In this document: positions 49,226 to 60,608 of the stretch, piece by piece
How positions within the stretch are numbered: the stretch's first letter is position 1
Layout of the letters: each line of letters starts with the position of its first letter
NCBI GenBank assembly: GCA_032718475.1
Contig: JAUCBJ010001688.1
Coordinates: 1-60,608, forward strand
From: Nemertoderma westbladi
Lineage: Eukaryota; Animalia; Xenacoelomorpha
Direction of reading: 5' to 3'
DNA: 60,608 nucleotides
Notes under the pieces: model-generated
The model's input: only the letters and a program-made list of their open reading frames with translations
What the model was told of the DNA's origin: nothing
Databases searched by the model: none
Program-made: the position numbers and the translations under genes

Positions 49226-50851
49226 CGTAAGTTCCTTAGATCAGGGTGAAGCGTGACGCCGTCCTGGGACACCATAAAATTTAGGACCAAATATCTCAGA
49301 TTCAGACAGGAAAAACCCGGGTCAACCTCTATCTCTTAAAGGTGCGAGCTGATGCTGTTTGTCAGTATGCGCAAGTAAATATACTAGGTGCAAATAGCAC
49401 ACTCTATAATTTGGTGATTTGCCATACTGGTGGTACAGTACTGGTTAGCTCTGTAGGCCTTACAGTTTGACTCACCTGCCTGAGTCCAAAGTAATTGCAC
49501 AGGCAAGAGGCAGCTTTCTGCTACCGGCACAGCACGCAGTACTTGAATAAACTTAATATAAACTCAATAAACTTAATAAACTCAATAAACTTGAATATTT
49601 GGTACTTGAGGACTCAGACAAACCCACGTGGAGTATAACACGCTCAAAACTGGAACCGGCTATATCTCATACCTAAGTTGGGATTATAAGGAGAGTAAGA
49701 GGAGCAAATATACGGACGTATATGGAGAAGGAGATATAGAAGGATATGGAGATAGGATATAGATTCGATTTACATACCAACAGTTGCTATGGATATCGAT
49801 CTTCACCACAGATATATGATCGAAAAACGGGACAGGGGACCAGCAGATGGAGGGGTGGTTGGTGACTTCCTGGAAGGAGTTAGGGTACATCAGGATTTGA
49901 TGCAACTGCTACCTGAGTGACAGTTTATCCAAATCCAGGAACTGATGATTCTGGATAGAAAAGCTGCAAAGAAAAGCATTGACAAAATATCAGTGTTCTC
50001 CCTACGGACACCTGAGTTAGTGTTTGTAAACTCACCGAAGTTGTACTTAACCTGGTTTGTGCGAATTACTCCACCCAGGAACGCAGACCAATCGGGTCAC
50101 TGGTGCTTGGATAGATGGCGACAATAGGATGGTGTAAATTCGACCTATTGTAATTCCCCTTCTAAAATATTTCATTAGAAACATCAATGATACTAATGTT
50201 AATTTTACTGTAAATTCTGCTAAAGTTTCTGCTATGTTTCATCTTGAATTTGGAACTTTGAATGGAACATTCGAAACCGAACACGATATTTTCTGTGTTC
50301 CAAATCTGAAGACATCGTTCATAAAAGCTGGGTTACTACCACCAGGAGTTTAAGGAAGAGAGCAGCTATTACAACATGTCAATTCATTAGGTGATGATAC
50401 GTTATTGAACAGATGCAGTGGCAGCCTGGAGGAACGCAGAGCCGAGAAAAGTTGGCCGTAGCTGCCTGGAATTGTCTCCGTGAGTTCTTTCTAAATAACA
50501 ACATATCCTGTTACAGTACTCCAGCAGTTTTGTATTTCGAATTGCAAGAAGAGGCAACATTAAATCTGTTTAAATCTGTTTCATTAAACCTGGGGGGGGG
50601 GGGGGGGGTGTGTCAAACATCGGGGAAATTTGCTTGACATAATTTATGAACGTCCCCATACGTATCATGGGACAACTATTTCCTCTTTCTTATACATTTA
50701 TTATTGCAGATCTATTCTGTCACTTATTAATTGATATGACGATTTTTGCTACCCAGTATATTGAAATGTAGTGAGTAATTTTTTATGATTTTTTAATTAT
50801 ATTTTTTTTGGCTAATTATATTTGCAGGTGACACAATCTGCAATGCAAGCG

Positions 50852-51137
50852 CACTACTAGGATCGGCATGCTGCATTGCAGTTGCATTTTTAAGAATGCT
50901 GTGCCGGCTTGTCAACAAAATTGCACCGCCGCAACTCCTTATCACCCATTACATTTGCTAGATCATCCGCATATTCAAGGCCAGTAGTGTCCTTTAAGAT
51001 GCGTCTCAAGAAAGTCATGGGCTGTCCACCATGCTTATTCACTACATGAGGCTGCCAAAGTACAAGATTATGCACTGGCTGGTCCTCACGGCGAAAGCAA
51101 TGTCCTGCAAAGCAGAGGCGATTTTGTTCTAGTGTCA
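50852..51137 (-). mobile_element. RTE LINE 3' end, third copy
   Basis: Near-identical to 10130-10410. Confidence 0.92.
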
Positions 51138-51480
51138 CCGGAGAAACGGTACCCCAACGGGAAAATAATAGATGAAGACCCCTATTGGGTTCACCCGAAA
51201 CCCAATCAACCTAAGGATGGCGCATCATGGTTTTGCAACCAGCCCGTTGGGAAGAATACCTTCGGTCAGATAATGAAAGATGTTGTAAAATGCTCGGGAA
51301 TCAACATGGATGGTTGCAAGATCACCCCGATGTCATATAGGAAGACAACTGCTCAAGCTATTGTTGACCAACATCTACCAGCGACATATGCCCAGAAACA
51401 ACTTGGCCACGACATCCCGTTACATCGACGCTATTGGAACGGCACAGTACAGCGTGAGCAACGCCCTCTCAAACGTTATA
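51138..51480 (+). mobile_element. Crypton-type tyrosine recombinase C-terminal fragment
   Basis: WFCNQPVGKNT..IMK...ITPMSYRKT...QLGH matches the DUF3504/YR HxxR and GH region (degenerate). Confidence 0.7.
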
Positions 51481-51667
51481 TCTGGCGGAAAAATTGCCTT
51501 AGATGTGGATAACAATACCACGACATTGCCTCAAGCTATGATGGCTTCCACCGCATCCAGTGCCGGATTAACAGCATGGCTAAATGGACTGCAGTCCAGG
51601 GCCTCCCAATATCTAGGGGCCTCGAAAATTACAACCTTTTTATTTAAATCTTATCGCTGACGCCCCT

Positions 51668-54007
51668 ATGTTACAGCGTCCGCCGATCGAGGCCGCTCGT
51701 GTTGACGGTATACTCGTTGAACCTCCGGACAATCGAGCGGATCTTGTCCGTCGTATGGTACACGATGTCAACATACGCGCTAGACCTTTACAGAACTCGT
51801 TTTATGGGATTAAAGACCACCCTTATTACGTTAATCTGACTCAATATTATATGGTAAAACCAGAAGACCCGACACATAATTTAAAGTTTCTACCACTAAT
51901 AAATCCTCTAGACATTGTCGAACTCGAACAATTGCAGAAACATCTGGATCAGTTAGTAAAGGTAAACTCATTTAGAAAACCATATAACATTTCTCGAATC
52001 GAGAAAGATATAGAACCTCCTTATAATCTCGATGGATTTATTAAAACTCGATTAGTCCATTGGAATCTAGATGTATTATTTGAAGAAGAGAAAATACAAA
52101 GATATGGAAATGTGGAGACGTATACCACTCGGCACATGAAGTATAGTGATCTCCCTGACGCTAACCAATGTGCCACCTTGTGGCATCCTGTAGGGATGAC
52201 CCTAGAGAACGCCACCAAGGAGTGGAATGAAACTCTTAATGTTATTGAGATGTATGGAGTTGTCACCTACGATAATGAAGGTAGCGTTCCGGTCGGAGAA
52301 CTAGGAACTACGCGCATGATCCACATACGCGGATTAGCTGGTTCTACCCACGTGTTTACTCGAGCGTGTTCCGACGTGATTGATTATTCTTTTGAAACTC
52401 TCACCGAAACACAAAAGAATCTCCGACATGGACAATTCGAACTCGCGCAGCGTTACGTCATTGACACCGAACGCAAACCGGCCATGGGCATCGATGGATC
52501 GATGTTACCCCAGCCCGTACTCGAGATGTTGTTCAACGAAAGAATCCTTAAAATCGGCTCAGCTGTTTATGGAGATCTCCAAAACGACTTTCGGAATATG
52601 GAGAACATTCCATACCCTTTCGTTGATACTCAGCTGATTGCTCCCTGGGCAGAAGGTCGAGGTTTCTTCCGCACCATGTATGCTAATACGTCTAGCAACA
52701 TTACAAAGGTGCAACGAACTTCCATCGGACATCTTGCCTTTCAGGAATACGGATGGAATTTCAAAGTCGGAAATCCCATTAACTATCAACAAGTATACGG
52801 AGATCATTATTCTCGATTGTACTTTGATGGACCATTAACCGCACCTGGCGCCGTGTATAGCTTCATGAGTGTTCCACTCCGTCCCTCCTTAGCTATCTAC
52901 ACGATCTTTGAAAACACCGCACTTGCCGGTTGGCTAGCCGATGTGTGCAGTCGTACTATACGCGCCCATCCATTAATACTTGGGACCAAACTCGCTAAGC
53001 TAGATGAACATAATAAATTCATCCGTTTCGAATGTTTCCGGCGATTTTTAACCCCGTTCCGCAACGTGGATAGCCAATTTAAAGACCGCGCTTTGACCAA
53101 GCTCAGCCTAAGAAACTCAGCTGCAGAGAAGTTGGATAGCGCTGGATTCGCCATTTTCCAAGAGATTTGTATATCGAACTTGCACTCCTCTGTTATACAA
53201 AGACCTCGAATCCCCACAGGTTATTCTGTCGTGGAAATTCAGACAATAGGTCCACCTGAAGAGACAGACACGCCCACCTCAGCTATGCACTTGGAAGACG
53301 AACCAATATGTCTAGAATCTGAGGAGATTCAGCCTATCGCGCCCCGGAACAGCGACAACGATTACATCATAGAATGGTATCAAGGTCCACAGTGTCTCAC
53401 TGCGTACGATTATCGACATGCCAACTATGTTTCTAGGCAACGTTGTCGGTTATGCGCATCGAGAGACCATGATACGCCCATGGACACAAACGTCCGCTGT
53501 TCCTATTTCCAAGAACAACCGACTATGGAAATTTATTGCGCATATTGCAGACTCAATAACTTGCATATCTTTGCGGTTTGCCCTCAATTTATGACTCAAT
53601 GTCACCATTGTCAACTAAAGGGACATGCCAGTTTCGATTGCCCTTTTAATCACGATTTGGAAAGCGTAGATGAAATGATCACACTACGTTACATCAGAGC
53701 TTGGGAAGCGAACGCTGATTTACATTGTGATTCGCGCCATCGCTATTATCCCGGACGCGCTTACGAAGGAGTTTATGCGTTCCATCCTTATCTATTCGCT
53801 TCGGTCGAACAGAAATCACGCATATCGAGTTACGAGCTACTGAAGCGCGTCGGAGAATGTATTTCAACCAAATTCGTACGCAAATTTCTCAGGAGTGTTA
53901 ATCCTAGCGACCTTCATTCCTATAACTTAATCAATTATATCCGTCAGGATCCGGACTATGGAGACTTGTTTGTTAACTCACACCCCGAGTTACAGGAAGT
54001 ATATTGA
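51668..54007 (+). CDS. DnaQ-like 3'-5' exonuclease + Zn-knuckle protein; homolog of ORF3 in a second, 5'-truncated LTR element
   Basis: ExoI-like VVTYDNEG, ExoII LPQPVLEMLFNERILKIGSAVYGDL, FVDT, ExoIII-like IYTIFE; shares AD..SRT...HPL.LG, FRRFL.PF, AGF.IF, FM.QC..C..KGH...C, W...AD.H with 25801-27948. Confidence 0.8.
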   Translation: MLQRPPIEAARVDGILVEPPDNRADLVRRMVHDVNIRARPLQNSFYGIKDHPYYVNLTQYYMVKPEDPTHNLKFLPLINPLDIVELEQLQKHLDQLVKVNSFRKPYNISRIEKDIEPPYNLDGFIKTRLVHWNLDVLFEEEKIQRYGNVETYTTRHMKYSDLPDANQCATLWHPVGMTLENATKEWNETLNVIEMYGVVTYDNEGSVPVGELGTTRMIHIRGLAGSTHVFTRACSDVIDYSFETLTETQKNLRHGQFELAQRYVIDTERKPAMGIDGSMLPQPVLEMLFNERILKIGSAVYGDLQNDFRNMENIPYPFVDTQLIAPWAEGRGFFRTMYANTSSNITKVQRTSIGHLAFQEYGWNFKVGNPINYQQVYGDHYSRLYFDGPLTAPGAVYSFMSVPLRPSLAIYTIFENTALAGWLADVCSRTIRAHPLILGTKLAKLDEHNKFIRFECFRRFLTPFRNVDSQFKDRALTKLSLRNSAAEKLDSAGFAIFQEICISNLHSSVIQRPRIPTGYSVVEIQTIGPPEETDTPTSAMHLEDEPICLESEEIQPIAPRNSDNDYIIEWYQGPQCLTAYDYRHANYVSRQRCRLCASRDHDTPMDTNVRCSYFQEQPTMEIYCAYCRLNNLHIFAVCPQFMTQCHHCQLKGHASFDCPFNHDLESVDEMITLRYIRAWEANADLHCDSRHRYYPGRAYEGVYAFHPYLFASVEQKSRISSYELLKRVGECISTKFVRKFLRSVNPSDLHSYNLINYIRQDPDYGDLFVNSHPELQEVY

Positions 54008-54373
54008 CGGCCTTACGAATACCGAGCCCGCGAACGCGAGTTGGAAAGAACCATTAAACCCCGGAGGTTTCTAACTGCCTATGGTCCACCCACGGCCCTC
54101 GTTCAGACCACTCGTAAAGGACCCGTAAGAGCGGCTGTCTTAAAACGAGCTCTCAAAGCCGTTAGACCCCTCTCCCCCGACGTTGATGTCAATCAACCCG
54201 GTACTTCGACTGGCGGATACACCGACCATAATCCTACACCCTCTGATGCAATCATATTGCACCCTTCACCCAGGAGTTATAGCCCTCCTTGTAAAGTGGC
54301 TCGCCCCAAAGAGAAAAGGACTCTGGCTAGCTTTAAAAAACTGCGTAAACGCCGTCCGCGCAAGAAAGACTAA
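54008..54373 (+). CDS. In-frame continuation (basic, Pro-rich tail) beyond a single TGA
   Basis: Same frame as 51668; ends KKLRKRRPRKKD, analogous to the basic tail of the 25801-27948 ORF. Confidence 0.55.
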   Translation, partial: RPYEYRARERELERTIKPRRFLTAYGPPTALVQTTRKGPVRAAVLKRALKAVRPLSPDVDVNQPGTSTGGYTDHNPTPSDAIILHPSPRSYSPPCKVARPKEKRTLASFKKLRKRRPRKKD

Positions 54374-54443
54374 CTGTTTAGAGTATTTACATATATTAGA
54401 AACTGTGATTTTTGTATATTTATAAACTTGAATCCCATTTTCT

Positions 54444-55680
54444 GGGAGCGGTGTAAAAGCTTTTGCGGATATACTCAGTCCCCCTCGCCCGCAAGGTACC
54501 GTTATAGGTGTTTTAACGGACATAAAAGTCATTCTTCTATATACGTGCTTTGGAGGACATGGTAAGGCAAAAAACCCGCAATGCACCAAATACCCTTGCA
54601 CAGCTTAGCCTTGATGATTCAGATTACGACATCTAACAGCTGGTTGCTGACATGGAAACGGCCATTGGACACATGGTTCTTTGTTTAGCTTAACAGCCAA
54701 TCAGAGCGATTTTTTCTGTCGATGTGGAGCTTTTTGGCAGATCATGCTAGGAGTGTTCAGTCTTACTGTTTTTTCTTGATACTGTTGTGTTGTTTCTATC
54801 TAGGCCAGGAACACCGGCTCTAGAGTCAACTCGTTTTCATACTTTAGAAGAAACATTAGTAGGCTTAAATTATAGAGCGTATAACTGTTATCTTATCTTA
54901 TCTCAATTCAGTCTTACATTATCGGTTCAACATACATTATTATACTGCTATTTACTGTTGTTTGGTTGAATATTATTTGGAGAATATTTATAAAGAACCC
55001 AAATTTCCCAATTTTCTTGATACACTACAGGTTAGAGAGACGGGTTATATATAGCGATTGCGACTTATATTATTGTGGTTTGTAGTGAATTTAATGCTAT
55101 TTGATAAGCACTACATGAGTCCGTTGCTGTTCTCTTTATATATGATAAAATTCATTGACGGTCGGCAAATTAGTGAGCAGTATTGTGTGTTACCGGTAGT
55201 GTGCCTGATTGTGACTGATAACTAAGCATTTCCTAAAGAATGCGCCTCATACGTGAATCATAAGCCTTACCGACTTGCCGTTGTGATTAGTATAAGTCAT
55301 ATCTCTGTTTACCTAGATAGAGCGCCACGTCCTAAAGGAACTGTTAATATTTCCCGAAAGTGAATAATATTAGTCAGAAATTATTTATTAACGATCAATC
55401 GAATAATACAGTAAGCTTACACTGCAATAATAATCTAAGCCCTCAGAATCCAGTCTCCCGGGTATATCCAGCGGGTGAATGGACGCGCACTAGGCTGGCT
55501 TCTGCTAATGTTGTGTTTATTGGTATTAAATATTTGTCAATTTCTAAAGTCTATTTATAAACCAAAAGACATATAAATTTTGGCAGGTTAAACTGCTAAA
55601 GGTCTTCAAAAGCGCGTACAGTAACACAGCATTAATACAGTTCACTAAATTGGAATTGACCACGCTTTCCAATAGGGCAA
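54444..55680 (+). repeat. PPT plus 3' LTR of the second element (right end uncertain)
   Basis: GGGAGCGG then TGTAAAAG at 54452; CCAAT at ~54696; TCTTATCTCAAT and CACTAC(A)GGT motifs echo the first LTR. Confidence 0.55.
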
Positions 55681-57889
55681 GGTTCCTTGAGGACCATTAA
55701 AATATCTTCACATAGATATTTTAATGTGTCATCATGATTTGGCCAGCGGTAATACCACGGTCCACTCCGAATCATTGTTGTCACTTTCACGTGGGTGCTG
55801 TCGGTTTCCATAGCACTTTCCCGGGGTAGTTCTCGTCGTCATATTTCACCAAAACCCACTGACCGGTCGACACGGTTAAACAACCAATTCCAGTTGTCAT
55901 ATTGAAGTAATTACTTCTTGTTGAATCTGAAGTAATTTTACATTGTAGCTGTAGCATTGTAGATTGTAGCGGTCAATCTCTGCCCCCCCCCCCCCCCCCC
56001 CCCCCCCTCACCAAATCCTAAATACGCCACTGGGGCGAGCAAGCAGAACCATTATTTAGTCTATTACAGGTCTGTTAACAGGAAAATAATAATGAATCTG
56101 TCACTCTTCATTCACAAAGTTATGGCTTTGAGATCTTGAGGTACTAATTATTTATTAAATATTAATACAAAATATTACACAAGTAATTACATTGCAATAT
56201 TACATTGGTATAATTTAATTTCAAAATAATCAACCAGCAATTAATATTATCACAATGACTGCACTACTTTTTCTTATTGACATACTGTAATTCTGTAACT
56301 ACAGTACTCGGATTTTTAGCATTTGCGTTACTTTGATCTCCTCAGTGTATATTAGCGGGACTACTGGTACCCACAACGTGTCTGTTTGTATACCAAAATT
56401 TATTGAACTGTAATAATGCTGTGTTACATATGAGTATATGTTTCCAAAGTTAATTTAGTATGTATTAATTCTTCTTATAATAGTCTTTATTATAAATTGC
56501 TTATTAACTGTAAATAAATTTCCGAAATAAAGTGACAAACATGTAAGCTTGACCAAGCTAAACCAGGACTTGGTCTATGTCCCATTGATGCAAGCCATAC
56601 AACCATACTTGAGTTGGCCTACTCTGCATAGAGAGAGAGACGGCAGCTCTACTACCTACCCTAAAGGCATCCCGCTGTTGTTAGTCCCTGCCAATCACTA
56701 GCCCAGTTACCTTTGAGCTGCAACATGCCGACAAACCACCAGTCTTACAAAGAGATCTTAAGAGATTAAATTCGGTTAGTTTCTGCTAAAATTAATTCTT
56801 AAATTACAAAAGAACTAATAAAGGGCCAAACTTCAAATTTTCAGGGTTAATTTATATTTGTATAAGGAGTTAGTTTTGAGTTTTTCAACGCTTAAATATT
56901 TTGTAGACCATTTTTAATTTTTGTAATTTTCGCTGATTTCGTACTTTTTAATCTGAACTAGCGACAACGTTTTTTTCTGTTTTAGAAAAAATAACTGACT
57001 AGAAGTACTAATGACACGTTAAATTATAAATTCAAACCATTGTTTTTATTTTATTTCGATGTGGGCTGTTTAAATTAAGGTTTTAAATTTGTCTTATTTT
57101 GAAATTTTCACCAATTTTTTACCAAATTTAAAGTGCTTTAATTCTTGGTCTACAAATTGGGCAAGTCATAATTCTTTGTATACTATTTAAAATGCTATCC
57201 ATGTTTACTATAAACTTGTTTTTAGCAATGTCCCGGCATGTAGACCATAAATAATTTGAATTTAATTTGGTCTGAATTTCTGGAATTGCCAACTTTGACC
57301 AGCCATAACTTCTGATCTAATAATTAAAATCAACTAAAATTTTCAGCGATTTATATTAACATTATTTGCAACATATAAAATAATTTTGAACCAAATCTCA
57401 GAGATAGTGCCACCGACATTTGTCGATTTTGGCTGGAATGACTCGAACATATACCCATGCTGCCAAGTACTCTAGCTTTATGAGATACCAACTGGCTGAC
57501 ATGGTGCCGGTAGCTACTACCTAGCGCTGTAAGCCTAGCTAAATCACAGTCTGTAGTGCCTGGCAGCCTGGTGTACTCTGAGACTGCTATGGTACCGGTA
57601 GGCCTACATGGTAGTATGGTAGGCCTACATGTAGGGCATATATAGTGGAGGTTCTATTGGCAGATAGGCCTAGTCAAAACGTTACATCAGATGCCTAATT
57701 TTAGTCAAAACGTACCCCATCTTCATATAGTTGACAGGTTGAGTAGGCCTATTGCTGTATTGTGAATCCAGGAATATCCAAGTACTCCTGTACTTAGTAT
57801 ACCGGTACCCACCTGCCCATGTACAGTAACTGGCTGACAGTTACCCTTAGTTTGAGGCTATAGATGATTGACATTTCTAGCAATGTTCT

Positions 57890-58800
57890 TAACGTAGGCA
57901 TTTTACTGGAAGTTCAACAGCCTGGGGTGGCTAAGGAGTTGTTGAGGAGCCACTGATCACCACAAATCATGGGAAGCCATAGAAATTGCTTTAATTGGGA
58001 CTACTCGCGAACAGTTAAGAAAATTTTTCTTAACAGTTAAGGAGACACTTACAGAAACTGAAACTATTGTTGAACTGCAGAAGTTTATGGACAACTGTCC
58101 TAATGACGGCTTTGTGGCACTCCTGCAGTTCAACACCACGTTTCTTTTAGCCATTATGATATTGCGTATTGGTATCCGTAGGAATTGTGCAGATTTGATT
58201 ATGTTTGCCGTAGTGAAGTTTGCTCCACTGTTCTTTGCGCGGGGACATGCGCATTATCAAAAAATAGTGGCATACATGGCCTGCCAACGCCTACGCTTTC
58301 CTAAAAACATTATTAATTATTTAGATTCTAATTCGACATTTAGGATAACGCTAACATCCGTGAATGGTGATAGGGCCGACTAGATGCTTAAACACCTGCA
58401 TCCACACGGCCTTCCACAAACCATGCAGAAATGGGAAGAGCTCTATGGGTTGGTGTCCATCGTTTATGAGATGAGGACAAACTGCCTGAAACTCTCTAAC
58501 GCCGCAACAGCGCGTAACACCGACAAAGACACTTCCCACTCGAGGCATATGGCTGCACCCATCAAAAGGTGGCAAGACGTCGTAGCCTCCTCTCCAATTT
58601 GCGACACCACACTATCCTTGCCAGCCAGAGGTATTGGCTGCACTCAGTTGTCGTCCCAATTTTCCGATATAAAAAAGGTTGGAGTTGAACGTTTTAAGAA
58701 TGTTGTAAAACGTTTTTTGAAGGAGTGGCCGACCTTTTTTGAAATCGACAGGCTGAAAAAAATTCCAATATCCAAGGATGAAGAGTTCCTTAACAAAACT
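57890..58800 (+). mobile_element. DUF6589/KDZ-like transposase remnant
   Basis: RIGIRRN...KFAPLFFARGHAHY motif; paralog at 44135-44787. Confidence 0.5.
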
Positions 58801-58825
58801 AACATCTTTATAATTGTTCATATCA

Positions 58826-59102
58826 AATCTCAATGTGTAGGATTTTCCTGTTTGCCTGAAATTAATTTTTTATCAATCAGTGGCTTATATTAAGTTTTAT
58901 ATAACTCTCAATGTGTAGGATTTTCCTATTTGCCAGAAATTATTTAAACAGTTTATCAATCAGTGGCTTATATTAAGTTTTATATAACTCTCAATGTGTA
59001 GGATTTTCCTGTTTGCCTGAAATTAATACAGTTTATCAATCAGTGGCTTATTAAGTTTTATATAACTCTCAATGTGTAGGATTTTCCTGTTTGCCTGGAA
59101 TT
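58826..59102. repeat. ~80-bp tandem repeat, ~3.5 copies
   Basis: Unit TCTCAATGTGTAGGATTTTCCTGTTTGCCTGAAATT...ATCAATCAGTGGCTTATATTAAGTTTTATATAAC. Confidence 0.9.
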
Positions 59103-59261
59103 AACTTTTTACCAATAACCCCAGAACAAAACTTTTAGTTAGGTGGAATGCTTTCCTTATATTTTGACAGGCGGACAGACAGAGACAGATATAATATACT
59201 TAGCTAAATATATAATAATAATAATTTGAAACAATTTAAAATATTCACAAGTATTCATAAT

Positions 59262-59855
59262 TCACAAGTTATTTAAATCAGAAAAACAGTACAACAAAGT
59301 TTTATAACAGCCGAGCGGGTGTTCTTTGGACACGACCTCCCTGTCCGACATGGTCACCCGTTGTTGGTCTGAACTGTGAACCTGCGCAGGTCTGTTCTTT
59401 GCACCTGGCGCGGGACTGTTCTTTGCACCTGGCGCGGGTCTGTTCTTTGCACCCAGTGCGGGTCTGTTCTTTGCACCCAGCGGGGGTCCGTTCTTTGCAC
59501 CTGGCACGGGTCTGTTCTTTGCACCCAGCGCGGGTCCGTTCTTTGCACCCGGCGCGGTTCCATTCTTTGCACCCGGCGCAGTTACGTTCTTTGCACCCGG
59601 CGCATGTCCGTTCTTTGCACTTGGCATGGGTCCACTTGAGCATGCCGCAGCGCGGTTATTCTTCGCATCCCACTTCGCCTTTAATAGAGCAGCTTCTTCG
59701 GGCGTTCTTTTCTTTCGACACTCTACGTGAGTCCTACAGACCCATTTCAGTCCTTCCATCTCGTATGACTCAATGAGTTCAATGCACTCAGCATGCCCCC
59801 ATACGCTGCAAAAATATAAATATGTTTCAATGTAGCACTTCGTGTGACGACACAC
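59262..59855 (-). CDS. Possible exon: partial PHD-like finger plus (GAKNxPAP)x10 repeat
   Basis: C.VWGHAEC...WVCRTH pattern; 24-bp repeat at ~59385-59625; minus-strand TTTTTGCAG acceptor near 59806. Confidence 0.4.
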   Translation of the reverse strand: MCRHTKCYIETYLYFCSVWGHAECIELIESYEMEGLKWVCRTHVECRKKRTPEEAALLKAKWDAKNNRAAACSSGPMPSAKNGHAPGAKNVTAPGAKNGTAPGAKNGPALGAKNRPVPGAKNGPPLGAKNRPALGAKNRPAPGAKNSPAPGAKNRPAQVHSSDQQRVTMSDREVVSKEHPLGCYKTLLYCFSDLNNL

Positions 59856-60608
59856 TGACAGGCCCTAAAACGAAATCCAGCCCGGCAAGAAAACTCCCAT
59901 AGTTTTAATTTTTAAGTTTGGTCGTCAACTTGCATACATTGCCAAAGACTGACAGACAGACCGACAGACAGACAGTCTATAGTAGGTAAAACGTTTTCAG
60001 TACAATGGATGAACCCAAACCTCATGAAATTTTCAGGAAATGTTCACAACATTGATTAGCAATCTTTCAATATTTAATTTTTTTAGAATTATTTGCTTTA
60101 TAAATTATGTCATAATCATGTGTTAATTATTGATTATTTGATTATTATGGCGCGAAATGACCGCAAACACAAAATAAATTTTAGTGGGTTTTAAAAATTG
60201 GTTTTATTTAATTAATTCATTTTATGTTAAGGGGAGATGAACACTTTGTAAGTTCCTTAATGATTTAAGTTAAACTTTTACATTTTTTCGGTACCATTAT
60301 TTTTTTAATAAAAGAGAACCAGGACTTGAAAATGAATGGAATGGATTTTCAAATTTTTGCTTCGTTGTCGCGCATGGGTGCAATATAACTTTGAAAAATA
60401 AAAAAAGTGAAATTTTTCATTATTTTCAAAATTTTATGCAATTTTGAAGAAAATCAAAGAGTTTTTTGGAAAAACCGTTCCATTCATCGAATTCAGTATA
60501 AAAAACTACCCCAAGTGACAAATTTATGTACTGTCCCCCGAACTCCTGCACCCAAAAATGGTACCGAAAAATGGACATCACACTAAAATATTCTTTTTCG
60601 GGAAAATC

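Noticed and set aside
49240-49690. Minus-strand LTR with PBS (TGGTGTCCC)
   Set aside because: No paired LTR, TSD or linked gag; too weak to call.
55932-55942. TTTTACA as the end of the second LTR
   Set aside because: The intervening 55740-55930 looks like a separate minus-strand coding relic (WVLVKYDDENYPG), and there is no 5' LTR or TSD to confirm it.
56750-57444. Sola-like DNA transposon end
   Set aside because: Only one terminus resembles the pattern; no partner TIR found.
59302-59776. Cys-rich ORFs in other frames
   Set aside because: Artefacts of the 24-bp tandem repeat.

Overview
Repeat-dense eukaryotic (probably invertebrate) DNA made almost entirely of nested transposon relics, with no clear intact host gene. 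The centrepiece is a very recent, unusually large (18.3 kb) Bel/Pao LTR retrotransposon at 12360-30670 with near-identical 1931-bp LTRs. Besides gag-PR-RT-RH-IN, it carries an extra ORF in the env position. This ORF resembles not an envelope but a WRN/EXD/Mut-7-like DnaQ 3'-5' exonuclease fold followed by three CCHC-type zinc knuckles. A diverged homolog with a better-preserved ExoI motif lies at 51668-54373, again followed by the same GGAGCGG PPT and an LTR start, suggesting a conserved lineage of exonuclease-carrying Bel/Pao elements. The element also shows 11 dispersed copies of a small conserved RNA hairpin read in different frames, TA..TA termini, no canonical TGG PBS, a tRNA-like Pol III unit in the LTR that can pair just downstream of the 5' LTR, and a second PPT-like site after pol. 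Flanks hold RTE and L2/CR1-like LINEs, Gypsy, MULE, piggyBac, hAT, Crypton, Chapaev-like and DUF6589-like relics, minisatellites, a perfect foldback, and three copies of an unidentified Cys-containing gene family. All family calls come from motif recognition by eye; no searches were run.
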